The notes under the pieces: model-generated
What the model was told of the DNA's origin: nothing
What the model saw: only the letters and a program-made list of their open reading frames with translations
The model's database searches: none
Assembly: GCA_963766715.1 (NCBI GenBank)
Contig: CAVYBH010000011.1
Coordinates: 160,001-224,000 of the forward strand
Direction: 5' to 3'
Source: an uncultured delta proteobacterium
Lineage (GTDB): Bacteria; Myxococcota; Myxococcia; Myxococcales; Anaeromyxobacteraceae
DNA: 64,000 bases
Part shown: positions 32,213 to 43,333 of the stretch, in pieces
How the letters are laid out: each line of letters starts with the position of its first letter
How positions within the stretch are numbered: the stretch's first letter is position 1
Translations under genes and position numbers: made by a program

Positions 32213-33258
32213 GCGCGGGCGAGGTCGAGAGCGCGTTTCCGGAGGTCACGATCACCGCCTCCGCCCCGCTCCTCGAGGCGAGCGCGAGCCCGTCCTGCGC
32301 CGCCCAGGACGAAGATCGCCTTCCCCAGGACCTCGGCCTCGAGCGCGGTCGGGGCGAGCACGCTCACCTGGCGGCTGGCGGTGGCCGGCCAGCAGGTCCG
32401 GGTGTCGATGACGTGGTGGTAGCGCCGGCCGGAGTCGACGAAGAAGCGCTCCGAGTCCCCGGTGGTCGAGAACGCCGCGTCGGACACGTCGAGCCAGGCG
32501 AAGGGCGCGCCCTCCTGGCCGCGCGGGTCCCGGATCCCCACGCGCCACGGGCGTCCGTCGCGGGTGCCGGCCGCGTAGAGGTCGCCGCCCGCCTGGACGA
32601 GGAAGTCGCGCAGCCCGCGCCGGCGAAGCTCGGACACGGCGCGGTCGACCGCCCAGCCCTTCACGAGGCCGCCCAGCCCCACCTGCATGCCGGTGCGCCG
32701 GAGCCTGGCCCGGCAGGGGGCGCCCTCGTCCGGGGAAGCGGCGGGCTCGACCTCGAGGTCCCGCCAGGAGACGAGGCGGCAGGCGGCGGCGACGGCCTCG
32801 GCGGAGGGGACCGCCGCCGGCTCGCCGTCCCCGAAGCGCCAGACGCCGCGCAGCGCCGCCCAGGTCGGGTCGAAGAGGCCGCCGGTGCGCTCCGCGCCGT
32901 CGCGGCCGGCCCGCAGGACCTGGCAGAGGTCGCCCGGCAGCTCCACGAAGCGGCCGCTCCCCGCCGCAGCGTTGAGCGCGGAGAGCGGGGACGCGGGGCG
33001 CCACTCGTTCATCACCTCGTCCACCCGGTCGAAGATCCGGAAGGCGGCCTCCACCCCGGCGGCGGCCTCGGCGGGCGGTGCGCCGGCCACCGCGACCGAG
33101 ACCACGGTGGACATGGACGGGCGGGTCTCGGCGTGGAGGGCCCCCGCCCGGGCGGGCGTCGCGACCGGGGCAGGGGCCGCGGCAGGGGCGGGCGGAAGGC
33201 TGGCGCAGGCGACCGCGAGCCAGGGCAGGAGGAGGGGAGCGAGGGGGACGCGGCGCAC
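32172..33258 (-). CDS. apbE: FAD:protein FMN transferase ApbE lipoprotein (+1 frameshift near 32294)
   Basis: Lipobox LAVAC; GLFDPTW, LGGLVKGWAVD, AGGDL, WRVGIRDPR, STTGDSERF, YHHVID. Confidence 0.93.
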
Positions 33259-33313
33259 GGCCGCTTTCCTAGGACGCGCCCGGGGCTCGCGCAGTACCAT
33301 CTCGGCGCTCGCC

Positions 33314-33706
33314 ATGAGCGCCCTCACCCACCTCGAGCAGTCGGTCCTGCACGCACTCCTCGACGGGGACCACCCCGCGCTCGAGGCCCTGCGCGATCAG
33401 CTTCCCGGCCTGGCGGTGCTGCGCCGCAGCGCCAGCCCGACCTCGTTCTCCACGGTGCTGCGCCCGGACCGCGGCGCTCCCCGGGCGCCCATCCGGGCTC
33501 GCCGGGCCGTGCTCGACGACCTGTACGCGGACATCCCGGGGCTGCCCGAGGGCGCGTCCTTCGCGCTCTTCGTGGAGGACGGCTGGCTGGCGAGGCTGGA
33601 GGGGTCCACCTCCGGCGGCGAGCCGTGGCCCGAGGACGTGGCGGGCTTCACCCTCCACCACGACGACCCGGAGCGGGACCTCTCCGACCTGGACCCGCCC
33701 GGCTGA
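33314..33706 (+). CDS. Hypothetical protein
   Basis: 130 aa ORF with coding-like codon bias; FALFVEDGWLARLEGSTSGGEPWP. Confidence 0.6.
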   Translation: MSALTHLEQSVLHALLDGDHPALEALRDQLPGLAVLRRSASPTSFSTVLRPDRGAPRAPIRARRAVLDDLYADIPGLPEGASFALFVEDGWLARLEGSTSGGEPWPEDVAGFTLHHDDPERDLSDLDPPG

Positions 33707-33719
33707 GGCCGCGACCCCG

Positions 33720-34907
33720 TCACACGGCCGGCGGCGAGACCCGCGACAGGAAGATGGGCAGGTGGAGCTTGTTGCCGTAGAGCGGCCGGTAGCGGTCGGT
33801 GTTGTACATGGTCGCGACGTCCACCTTGCGGGGCCCGAGCGCCGGATCCGGGATGGGCACGAGCTCGTAGCAGCCGTTCACGATGGCGGCCATGGTGCCG
33901 TGGGCGCCGTCGAGCAGCGCGTCGAGCGCCATGGTGCCGAAGGTCGAGGCCACCAGCTTGTCGATGAAGTCCGGGTCGCCCGACCGCAGGTCGTAGGTGA
34001 GGTCGGAGACGATGGTCTCCTCGCCGGTGCGCGCCTGGATCTCGTCGGAGAGCACCTCGGCGACGCTGGCCTTCTTGCGCCTTCCGAGCGCGTCGGGCCG
34101 CCCGTACTCCTGCGGCTCGTAGCCCTTCCAGGAGCAGCCCTCGGAGAGGATCACCAGCACGTAGTTGGAGGGGTTGTCCCGCTTCTCGGTCATCAGGAGG
34201 TCGATGAGCTTCTCCAGATCGACCGGGTATTCCGGGATGACGCAGCGGTTGGAGGTGACGTGGGCGGTGTAGAGGGCCGTGAAGCCGGCGTCGCGGCCGA
34301 ACACCCGGAAGATGCCCACCCGCTCGTGCGAGCCGATGGTGGTGCGCTGCCGGTCGAGGGCGGCGGTGGCGCGGGTGATGGCGGTGGAGAAGCCGATGCA
34401 GTACTCGGTGTACTGCACGTCGTTGTCCATCGTCTTGGGGATCCCGATCACCTTCACCCCGAGTCGATCGAGCTGCGCGGCCGACTTGAGGGTGCCGTCG
34501 CCGCCGATGGCGATGAGCGAGTCGATCCCCAGCCCCTCGATGTTCCGCAGGACGTGCGAGGTCAGGTCGTAGGTGAGGCCGCCCTTGCCCTGGCTCGAGG
34601 GGAAGTCCCGGCCCTCGAGGTGGCGGGGGAGGGTGCGGACCTTGGACGGGCCCAGGCGGCTGGAGTGGAGGATGGTGCCGCCGTGCCGGTCGATGGTCCG
34701 GCAGTTGTCGCGGTTGAGGTCGAGCACGTACCGGGCCCGGCTGGCCGGGTCGTCGAGGTCGACGTGGGTGAGCCCCTCGAAGCCCTTGCGGATGCCCACC
34801 ACCTCGAGCCCGTTCTCCCAGCCCCGGTAGACCACGCTCTTGATGACCGAGTTGAGGCCCGGGACGTCGCCGCCGCCGGTGAGGATGCCGATGCGCCTTC
34901 GTTTCAT
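33720..34907 (-). CDS. pfkA: 6-phosphofructokinase family protein
   Basis: GILTGGGDVPGLN, GGTILHSSR, IGGDGT, PKTMDND, FGRDAG. Confidence 0.92.
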   Translation of the reverse strand: MKRRRIGILTGGGDVPGLNSVIKSVVYRGWENGLEVVGIRKGFEGLTHVDLDDPASRARYVLDLNRDNCRTIDRHGGTILHSSRLGPSKVRTLPRHLEGRDFPSSQGKGGLTYDLTSHVLRNIEGLGIDSLIAIGGDGTLKSAAQLDRLGVKVIGIPKTMDNDVQYTEYCIGFSTAITRATAALDRQRTTIGSHERVGIFRVFGRDAGFTALYTAHVTSNRCVIPEYPVDLEKLIDLLMTEKRDNPSNYVLVILSEGCSWKGYEPQEYGRPDALGRRKKASVAEVLSDEIQARTGEETIVSDLTYDLRSGDPDFIDKLVASTFGTMALDALLDGAHGTMAAIVNGCYELVPIPDPALGPRKVDVATMYNTDRYRPLYGNKLHLPIFLSRVSPPAV

Positions 34908-35107
34908 GCGGCGAGTCTAGCCTCGAACCGCCGGGAGGACGGACTGGAACTGGACCCGAGCGGTCCACGGACCCACACGGGCGCCGGTCCGCGGCCATCG
35001 GGGGCGGGTCGCGACCGCCTGCTCCGAAACGCCTAGGCTCGAGGAAGGTAAGCAAGAACTCATCCCGCTCTGGAGGGGGAACGCGGGTACTTCGACAAGG
35101 AGGACGC

Positions 35108-35615
35108 ATGTTCCCGATGACCCGAGCGCTCGCCGTCTCGTCCCTGGTTTTCCTCACCGCTGCCTGCGGTGGAAGGCTCCGGGCCGCTGTCTCCGGCCCG
35201 CAACCTCTCCGGCACCTGGAAGACGGTCGCCCCGGCCCGGGTCAACTTCGACACCGACTTCTGCACCTACCCGGACCCGTCCGCCCTGGCGGCGACGCAG
35301 GACTGGGCCGTCACCTGGGTCATCACTCCCGGTGCGACCGAGAACGCGGTCAACGTCGAGATGAGCTTCGCGGCCTCGAACACCCAGCGAATCCTCACCT
35401 GCCCCGGCACGGGCGTCGTTCCCGAGGTATCGCCCATGACCCTCACCGGGAACATCAGCTCCACCACGCTGACGCTCCTCCAGAACGGGGATCCGTTCGG
35501 CACCTTCACCTTCACGACCGACAACCTGCAGGGGGACATGGACTTCGAGTGGTGCATGGTCTACTGCCAGCGCGACTACACCCAGAACCGGAGCTTCATC
35601 CTGCTGCGCCAGTGA
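35108..35615 (+). CDS. Small beta-rich lipoprotein (+1 frameshift near 35170)
   Basis: AGGAGG SD; lipobox TAAC; continues NLSGTWKT in the next frame; four Cys. Confidence 0.6.
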
Positions 35616-35630
35616 GGGGCGGCGCCCTGC

Positions 35631-36581
35631 TCACCGGCAAGCGTCCCAGAAGGCCTGCAGGTCCGCGGCCAGCGGGCACTCCAGCTCCAGGCGCACGCCG
35701 GTGGCGGGGTGGGGGAGGGAGAGCTTCCAGGCGTGGAGCGCCTGGCGCGGCAGGCGCAGGACGGCGTGGTCGGCCTCGGTCAGTTCACGTTTCGTGAAAC
35801 GATCGAAGATCATCTCGTCGGGCCCGTAGATCTTGTCCCCCACCAGGTGCAGCCCGGCGTGGTGGAGGTGGGCGCGGATCTGGTGCTGCCGCCCGGTGCG
35901 GGGGTGGCAGGCGAGGAGCGCCACCGGCACCCCGTCCGCCGCCCGCCGCCGGCCCAGCACCTCGAACCCGGTCCGCGACGGGAGCCCCCCCAGGTCGACG
36001 TGCATCCGCACCTTCACCCCGCTCGCCCCGGTCAGCCGCAGCGGCGCCTCCACCTCGAAGCGATCCTGCGGCGGGTCGCCGAGGACGAGCGCCAGGTAGG
36101 CCTTCTCCACGCGGCCGGCCGCGAAGGCGGCCTTGAGCACCTTGGTGTACTTCGGGGCGCACCCGCAGGCGAGCAGGCCCGAGGTCTCGCGGTCCAGCCG
36201 GTGGGCCGGGTCGACCTTCCGGGCCGGGAAGGCCGTCTTCGTGAGCGCCGTGAGGGTGTGCTCGACGTAGCGGGCGGTGGGGTGGACGGGGAGCCCGGCC
36301 GGCTTGTCCACCACGAGGATCATGGCGTCGTCGAAGACCACGCCGAACGCCATCGGGGTCTCCGGCTCCGGGTCGGCCTCCTTGAGGAGGGCGAAGCGCA
36401 TGCCGGGGACGACCCGCGTGGCCGGCTTCAGGCGCCCCGGCCCCTCGTGCTCGATGCGGGTCTCGATGAGCCGCTGGATGCGCTCCCGGGAGAGGCGGCG
36501 GATCTTCTCCTGCAGGTAGCGGTCGAGGCGCCACCCGGCGTAGTTCGGCTCGACCGTGAACGGGACCCGCACGAGCGCCAT
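35631..36581 (-). CDS. RluA/RluD-family pseudouridine synthase with S4 domain
   Basis: RLDRYL, VDKPAGL, HRLDRETSG, TGRQHQIR, QALHA. Confidence 0.93.
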   Translation of the reverse strand: MALVRVPFTVEPNYAGWRLDRYLQEKIRRLSRERIQRLIETRIEHEGPGRLKPATRVVPGMRFALLKEADPEPETPMAFGVVFDDAMILVVDKPAGLPVHPTARYVEHTLTALTKTAFPARKVDPAHRLDRETSGLLACGCAPKYTKVLKAAFAAGRVEKAYLALVLGDPPQDRFEVEAPLRLTGASGVKVRMHVDLGGLPSRTGFEVLGRRRAADGVPVALLACHPRTGRQHQIRAHLHHAGLHLVGDKIYGPDEMIFDRFTKRELTEADHAVLRLPRQALHAWKLSLPHPATGVRLELECPLAADLQAFWDACR

Positions 36582-36686
36582 GGCGGCGGAACATAGCACC
36601 CGGTCCGGTCCTCCCCGCGAAGTGCCCGCCCTTCCTCGACTTCCCCGGCGCCGCCGACCCACCCTCTCTTTATCGTCAGGTCGTCG

Positions 36687-36715
36687 TTGACCTCCCGGGG
36701 CACGACGCATACAAC
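36687..36715 (+). promoter_or_regulatory. Sigma70-type promoter for the kdsB operon
   Basis: TTGACC-17 nt-TACAAC just before the kdsB GTG. Confidence 0.5.
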
Positions 36716-36726
36716 GGGTTCCCGGC

Positions 36727-37458
36727 GTGAGGCGCGTCGCAGTCATCATCCCCGCAAGGTTCGGGGCAAGTCGCCTCCCCGGGAAGCCCCTCGCCGATAT
36801 TCACGGAAGGCCACTCGTGGCCCACGTGGTGGCGCGCGCCCGGAACGCCCGGGGCGTGGACGTGGTGCTGGTCGCCACCGACGACGAGCGGATCGCCGCG
36901 GCCGCGCGGGCGGCAGGGGCCGAGGCGGTGGTCACCGGGCCGGCGGAGACCGGCACGGACCGCGTGGCGCTGGCGGCCCGGGCGATGCTGCCCCGGCCGA
37001 CCCTGGTGGTGAACCTGCAGGGCGACGAGCCGCTCATCGAGCCGGCGGCCGTCGAGGCGCTCGTGCACGCCATGGACGAGGGCGGCTCGGAGATGGCGAC
37101 GATGGCCCGTCCGCTCTCGGACGGCGAATGGGAGCGACCCGAGGTGGTGAAGGTGGTGACGGACCGCAACGGCCACGCCCTGTACTTCTCCCGCGCGCCC
37201 ATCCCGGCGAGGTGGGAGCCGGGAGCGTCGCCGCTGGCCCGCGCCCACGTGGGCATGTACGCCTACACCCCGGCGTTCCTGGAGCGGTTCGCTGCGCTCG
37301 AGCCCGGGAGGCTGGAGCGCGAGGAGCGGCTGGAGCAGCTCCGGGCGCTCGAGCACGGGTATCGCATCCGGGTCGTCGACACGACCTACAGCGGATTCGG
37401 CGTGGACACCGAGAAGGACCTGGAGCGGGCGAGGGAGCTCGTGGCGTCGGGCAGGTAG
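36727..37458 (+). CDS. kdsB: 3-deoxy-manno-octulosonate cytidylyltransferase
   Basis: IPARFGASRLPGKPL, NLQGDEP, LYFSR, LEQLRAL. Confidence 0.96.
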   Translation: MRRVAVIIPARFGASRLPGKPLADIHGRPLVAHVVARARNARGVDVVLVATDDERIAAAARAAGAEAVVTGPAETGTDRVALAARAMLPRPTLVVNLQGDEPLIEPAAVEALVHAMDEGGSEMATMARPLSDGEWERPEVVKVVTDRNGHALYFSRAPIPARWEPGASPLARAHVGMYAYTPAFLERFAALEPGRLEREERLEQLRALEHGYRIRVVDTTYSGFGVDTEKDLERARELVASGR

Positions 37459-39153
<1,695 letters not shown>

Positions 39154-39202
39154 CCGCCCGCGGGGCCGCCGGCCTCGCCGGCCGCCACGCCGAGGAGAAT
39201 CC

Positions 39203-40030
39203 ATGGAGAAGGTGCGAGCCCGCATCGGCGGGCACGAGGTCGGCGACGGCCGCCCGCTGCTGCTCATCGCCGGCCCCTGCGTCATCGAGTCGGAGGGGCA
39301 GGCGCTGGCGAACGCGCGGCGGGTGAAGGACCTGGCGGCCCGGCACGGGCTGCCGGTGGTCTTCAAGGCCAGCTTCGACAAGGCCAACCGCTCCTCGGGC
39401 AAGAGCTTCCGGGGCGTGGGGCTCGAGGCGGGCCTGGCCGTCTTCGAGAAGGTGAAGCGCGAGACCGGGCTGCCCACGCTGACCGACGTCCACGAGACCT
39501 GGCAGGCCGAGCCGGTGGGGCGGGTGGTCGACGTCCTCCAGGTCCCCGCCTTCCTGTGCCGGCAGACCGACCTCGTCATGGCCTGCGCCCGGCACGGGCG
39601 CTCGGTCAACGTGAAGAAGGGGCAGTTCCTGGCCCCCCGCGACATGCGCCACGCGGTGGCCAAGTGCCGCGAGGCCGGCGCGGAGAACATCCTGCTCACC
39701 GAGCGCGGCGCCAGCTTCGGCTACGGCAACCTGGTGGTGGACATGCGCGGCCTCGTGATCATGCGCGAGCTGGGGGTGCCGGTCTGCCTCGACGCCACCC
39801 ACTCGGTGCAGCTCCCCGGCGCGGCCGGCGACGTCACCGGCGGCGAGCGGCAGTTCGTGGCGCCGCTGGCGCGGGCCGCCGCGGCGGTGGGCATCGACGC
39901 GCTCTTCACCGAGATCCACGAGGACCCTTCGGTGGCGAAGTCGGACGGCCCCAACTCGCTGGACTTCGACATGGCCGACCAGCTGCTCGGCGACCTGCTG
40001 CGCATCCGGCGCGCCCTGGGGCAGCCGTGA
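39203..40030 (+). CDS. kdsA: KDO-8-phosphate synthase
   Basis: AGPCVIE, KASFDKANRSS, PAFLCRQ, DATHSVQ. Confidence 0.97.
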   Translation: MEKVRARIGGHEVGDGRPLLLIAGPCVIESEGQALANARRVKDLAARHGLPVVFKASFDKANRSSGKSFRGVGLEAGLAVFEKVKRETGLPTLTDVHETWQAEPVGRVVDVLQVPAFLCRQTDLVMACARHGRSVNVKKGQFLAPRDMRHAVAKCREAGAENILLTERGASFGYGNLVVDMRGLVIMRELGVPVCLDATHSVQLPGAAGDVTGGERQFVAPLARAAAAVGIDALFTEIHEDPSVAKSDGPNSLDFDMADQLLGDLLRIRRALGQP

Positions 40031-40533
40031 CGGCCGAGGCGGAGCTGCTGGCGCGCGCGGCCCGGATCCGGCTCGTGCTCCTCGACGTGGACGGCGTCCT
40101 CACCGACGGCCGGATCTGGTTCGGCCCGGAGGGCGAGGCCCTGAAGGCCTTCGACGTCCGCGACGGCCACGGCATCGTGCGGCTTCGCGACCAGGTCGAC
40201 TTCGGCGTCATCTCCGGGCGGCCGGGGCTGGCCACGCGCAAGCGGCTCGAGGAGCTGGGGTTCAAGCACCTGGTCTTCTCCCAGCGGGACAAGCTCGACG
40301 GGTACGCCACCCTCGCGCACCTGGGGATCGCCGACGACGAGGTCGCCTACATGGGCGACGACGTGAACGACATCCCGCTCCTCGAGAAGGTCGGGCTCTC
40401 CGGCGCCCCGGCCGACGCCTACCCGGACGTGCTCTCGGCGGTGCGCTTCGTCTCCCGGTATCCCGGGGGGCGCGGGGCGGTGCGGGAGCTCTGCGACCTC
40501 ATCCTGAAGGCCCGGGGGCCTCGCCGGCCGTGA
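40027..40533 (+). CDS. kdsC: KDO-8-phosphate phosphatase
   Basis: [28 protein letters not shown]. Confidence 0.93.
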   Translation: MTAEAELLARAARIRLVLLDVDGVLTDGRIWFGPEGEALKAFDVRDGHGIVRLRDQVDFGVISGRPGLATRKRLEELGFKHLVFSQRDKLDGYATLAHLGIADDEVAYMGDDVNDIPLLEKVGLSGAPADAYPDVLSAVRFVSRYPGGRGAVRELCDLILKARGPRRP

Positions 40534-41459
40534 CCGACGTCCCCTGGGCGAAGCGGACGCGTCGCACGCTCCGGATCTGGGCCATCCGCGCCGGGCTCTG
40601 GCTCGGCGGCATCCTCCCGTTCCGGCTGGTCTGGGCGTTCGGGGGGCTGATCGGCCGGGCGGCCTGGTGGGTGGGCCGCCGCGACCGGGAGCTGGCGCTC
40701 CAGCATCTCGCCTTCGCCCTCCCCGAGCTCCCGGAGGCGGAGCGGACGGCCATCGCCCGGGGCACCTTCCTGCACTACGGCCACGGCGCCGCCGAGGTCG
40801 CCCAGATCGATCGCATCGACCGGCGGCTCGAGGAGTACGTCACCTACGTGGGCGACGGCGAGGCGCTGATGCGAGAGGCGCACGCCACCGGCAAGGGACT
40901 GATCTTCGTCACCGGCCACCTGGGGAGCTGGGAGCTGCTCGCGCGCCGCATCGTCCGCTCGGGGATCCCGTCGGTGGTCATCGCGGCCCGGAGCTGGGAC
41001 CGGCGCCTCGACGACCTGGTCGAGGGCTTCCGGGCCCGCGGGGACGTTCCCACCCTCTTCCGGGAGGACTCGGGAGGCGGGCGGGCGCTCCTCCGGGCCA
41101 TGCGCGACGGCAAGGCGCTCGGGATCCTCATCGATCAGGACACGAACGTGCAGAGCGTCTTCGTTCCCTTCTTCGGCCACCTGGCCTCGACCCCGCGCGC
41201 CGCGGCCGACCTGGCGCTCCGGTTCGGCTGCCCGGTCCTCGTGGGGTGGTCCCACCGGCGCGGGCCCAGGGCGGGCGACGGGTACCTCTTGACGGTGGAG
41301 AAGGTCGAGTACGACCCCGCCCCGGCCGACAAGGAGGCCGAGGCCATCCGGATCACGGCGCACTGCACCGCACGGCTGGAGCAAGCCATCCGCGAGGCCC
41401 CCTCCGAGTGGGTGTGGATGCATCGGCGCTGGAAGAGAAAGCCGCCGGATTCCCGGTAG
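40530..41459 (+). CDS. Lipid A lauroyl/lysophospholipid acyltransferase (LpxL family)
   Basis: [25 protein letters not shown]. Confidence 0.9.
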   Translation: MTDVPWAKRTRRTLRIWAIRAGLWLGGILPFRLVWAFGGLIGRAAWWVGRRDRELALQHLAFALPELPEAERTAIARGTFLHYGHGAAEVAQIDRIDRRLEEYVTYVGDGEALMREAHATGKGLIFVTGHLGSWELLARRIVRSGIPSVVIAARSWDRRLDDLVEGFRARGDVPTLFREDSGGGRALLRAMRDGKALGILIDQDTNVQSVFVPFFGHLASTPRAAADLALRFGCPVLVGWSHRRGPRAGDGYLLTVEKVEYDPAPADKEAEAIRITAHCTARLEQAIREAPSEWVWMHRRWKRKPPDSR

Positions 41460-41470
41460 TTTTTCTTCTA

Positions 41471-41486
41471 CGCAAGGTTGATGCCG
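41471..41486 (-). promoter_or_regulatory. Sigma54 -24/-12 site 1 (antisense to the operon)
   Basis: Minus strand CGGCAT-CAACC-TTGC-G, with exact GG-N10-GC spacing. Confidence 0.6.
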
Positions 41487-41494
41487 AAAAGCGC

Positions 41495-41523
41495 TTGTCG
41501 CCTTTGCGGACCCCGGCTATCGT
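41495..41523 (+). promoter_or_regulatory. Sigma70-type promoter for lptC-lptA-lptB-rpoN
   Basis: TTGTCG-17 nt-TATCGT. Confidence 0.55.
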
Positions 41524-41529
41524 CGGGTT

Positions 41530-41545
41530 AGCAAAGGTTGTGCCA
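41530..41545 (-). promoter_or_regulatory. Sigma54 -24/-12 site 2 (antisense to the operon)
   Basis: Minus strand TGGCAC-AACCT-TTGC-T, a perfect match to TGGCAC-N5-TTGC. Confidence 0.75.
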
Positions 41546-42113
41546 CTTGACTTTCGGATCAAATCTCCACCGGCGAAGCACCCTGCCGGGCGCCCGAGGC
41601 GCCCTCCGGGGTTGCGCTGCGTCAATCGTCCTCCTGGCCGGTTGCGGCGCGAGCGAGCCCCCCGGCTCCGGGGCGGAGCCCGAGATTCGCCTCGAGACCG
41701 TGGAGTTCCGGGCCTACCGGGGCGCCGATCCGAGCGCCTCGGGCCGGGCCGCACAGGCCGTGTACCGCAGGACCTCGGGCGAGGTGGAGGCGACGGACGC
41801 CCAGGTGACCCTGCCCAGCCCGGGTGCGCCCGACCTGACGGTCACGGCCCCGGTCCTCGTCGGGGACCTGGCGGCGCGGACCTGGTCTGCCCGCGGCGGC
41901 GTCGTCCTCGTCCGCGGCGACGCCACGGCCCGGACCCCCTCGGCCCGCTACTCGGCCCAGGACGGCCGGGTTCGCGGAGACGAGCCCGTGGAGGTGGCCG
42001 GTCCCGGCTACCGGCTGGCCGGTCCCGCCTTCACGGCCGACCCGGCGACGGGCGACGTGGAGATCCACGGCGGCGTGCGCCTGGTGGTCGCCACGGGAGC
42101 GGGCCGGCGGTGA
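41538..42113 (+). CDS. lptC: LPS export protein LptC (start uncertain)
   Basis: Lies before lptA/lptB; beta-rich jellyroll-like sequence; N-terminal IVLLAGC. Confidence 0.65.
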   Translation: MCHLTFGSNLHRRSTLPGARGALRGCAASIVLLAGCGASEPPGSGAEPEIRLETVEFRAYRGADPSASGRAAQAVYRRTSGEVEATDAQVTLPSPGAPDLTVTAPVLVGDLAARTWSARGGVVLVRGDATARTPSARYSAQDGRVRGDEPVEVAGPGYRLAGPAFTADPATGDVEIHGGVRLVVATGAGRR

Positions 42114-42578
42114 TGGTCCGCCTGCCTCGCCCTGGCGCTGGCCGCCGCCCCGCCCTCACCCCCGGTGACGGTCGACGCCGAGGAGGTCCAGTACCTCTAC
42201 AAGGAGCGCAAGGTCGTCTTCACCGGCAAGCCGCTCGTCACGCTCACCCGCGAGGACGCCGTGCTCAGCTGCCGCAAGCTCGTGGCCGAGAACGACGAGC
42301 AGGGGCGCATCCGCCAGGCGGTCTGCTCGGGCGACGTGAAGCTGACCCGGGGGACGCGCGTGGTGACCTGCGACACCGCCACGTTCGAGGAGAAGGCGGC
42401 GCGCGTCACCTGTGCGGGCAACCCGGTGCTGCGCGACGGCGAGAACGTCATGCGCGGCGAGGTGCTGGTCTACGATCTCGCCAACGACCGCGCCACCCTC
42501 TCGGCCGCCAAGGGCGTCATCGTGCCCCCGCCGGGCGCCGAGCTCACGCCCCGGAAGAAGCCGGAGCCGGCGAAGTGA
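42113..42578 (+). CDS. lptA: LPS transport periplasmic protein LptA (+1 frameshift near 42118)
   Basis: Corrected signal peptide [38 protein letters not shown]stA-like motifs. Confidence 0.85.
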
Positions 42579-43333
42579 GCGCCCCCGCCCTCGAGGCCCA
42601 CGGGCTCGTGAAGAGCTACCGGGGCCGCCGCGTGGTGGACGGAGTCTCCTTCCGGGTCGCCCCCGGCGAGGTGGTGGGGCTGCTCGGCCCGAACGGCGCC
42701 GGCAAGACCACCAGCTTCAACATGACCGTGGGTCTCGTTCGCCCCGACGCCGGGACGGTCCGGCTCGGCGACGAGGACCTCACCCGGCTGCCCATGCACG
42801 TCCGGGCCCGGCGCGGCGTCGGCTACCTGCCGCAGGAGGCCTCCATCTTCCGGAAGCTCACCGTCCGGCAGAACTTCACCGCGGTGCTCGAGGCCCTCGG
42901 CCGCGGTCGGGCCGACCGGGAGCGGCGGGCCGACGAGCTGCTCGAGGAGTTCCACCTCCGCCAGGTCGAGGACAGCCTCGGGGAGCAGCTCTCCGGCGGG
43001 GAGCGCCGCCGGGCCGAGGTGGCCCGCAGCCTGCTCAACGACCCGCGCTACATCCTCTTCGACGAGCCCTTCGCCGGCGTGGACCCCATCGCCGTGGGCG
43101 AGCTGCAGCGCCTCATCGGGTCGCTCCGGGCCAGGGGGATCGGCGTGCTCCTCACCGACCACGCGGTCCGCGAGGCCCTCGGCATCTGCGACCGCGCCTA
43201 CATCCTGTCGTCCGGCAAGATCCTGGAGGAGGGGACCCCGGCCCACATCGCCGGGAGCGCCCGCGCCCGGGCGGTCTACCTGGGCGAGAACTTCCGACTC
43301 GACGACGACCGGCACCCCGAGGTCCGCGCATGA
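42575..43333 (+). CDS. lptB: LPS export ABC ATPase LptB
   Basis: [42 protein letters not shown]. Confidence 0.96.
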   Translation: MSAPALEAHGLVKSYRGRRVVDGVSFRVAPGEVVGLLGPNGAGKTTSFNMTVGLVRPDAGTVRLGDEDLTRLPMHVRARRGVGYLPQEASIFRKLTVRQNFTAVLEALGRGRADRERRADELLEEFHLRQVEDSLGEQLSGGERRRAEVARSLLNDPRYILFDEPFAGVDPIAVGELQRLIGSLRARGIGVLLTDHAVREALGICDRAYILSSGKILEEGTPAHIAGSARARAVYLGENFRLDDDRHPEVRA

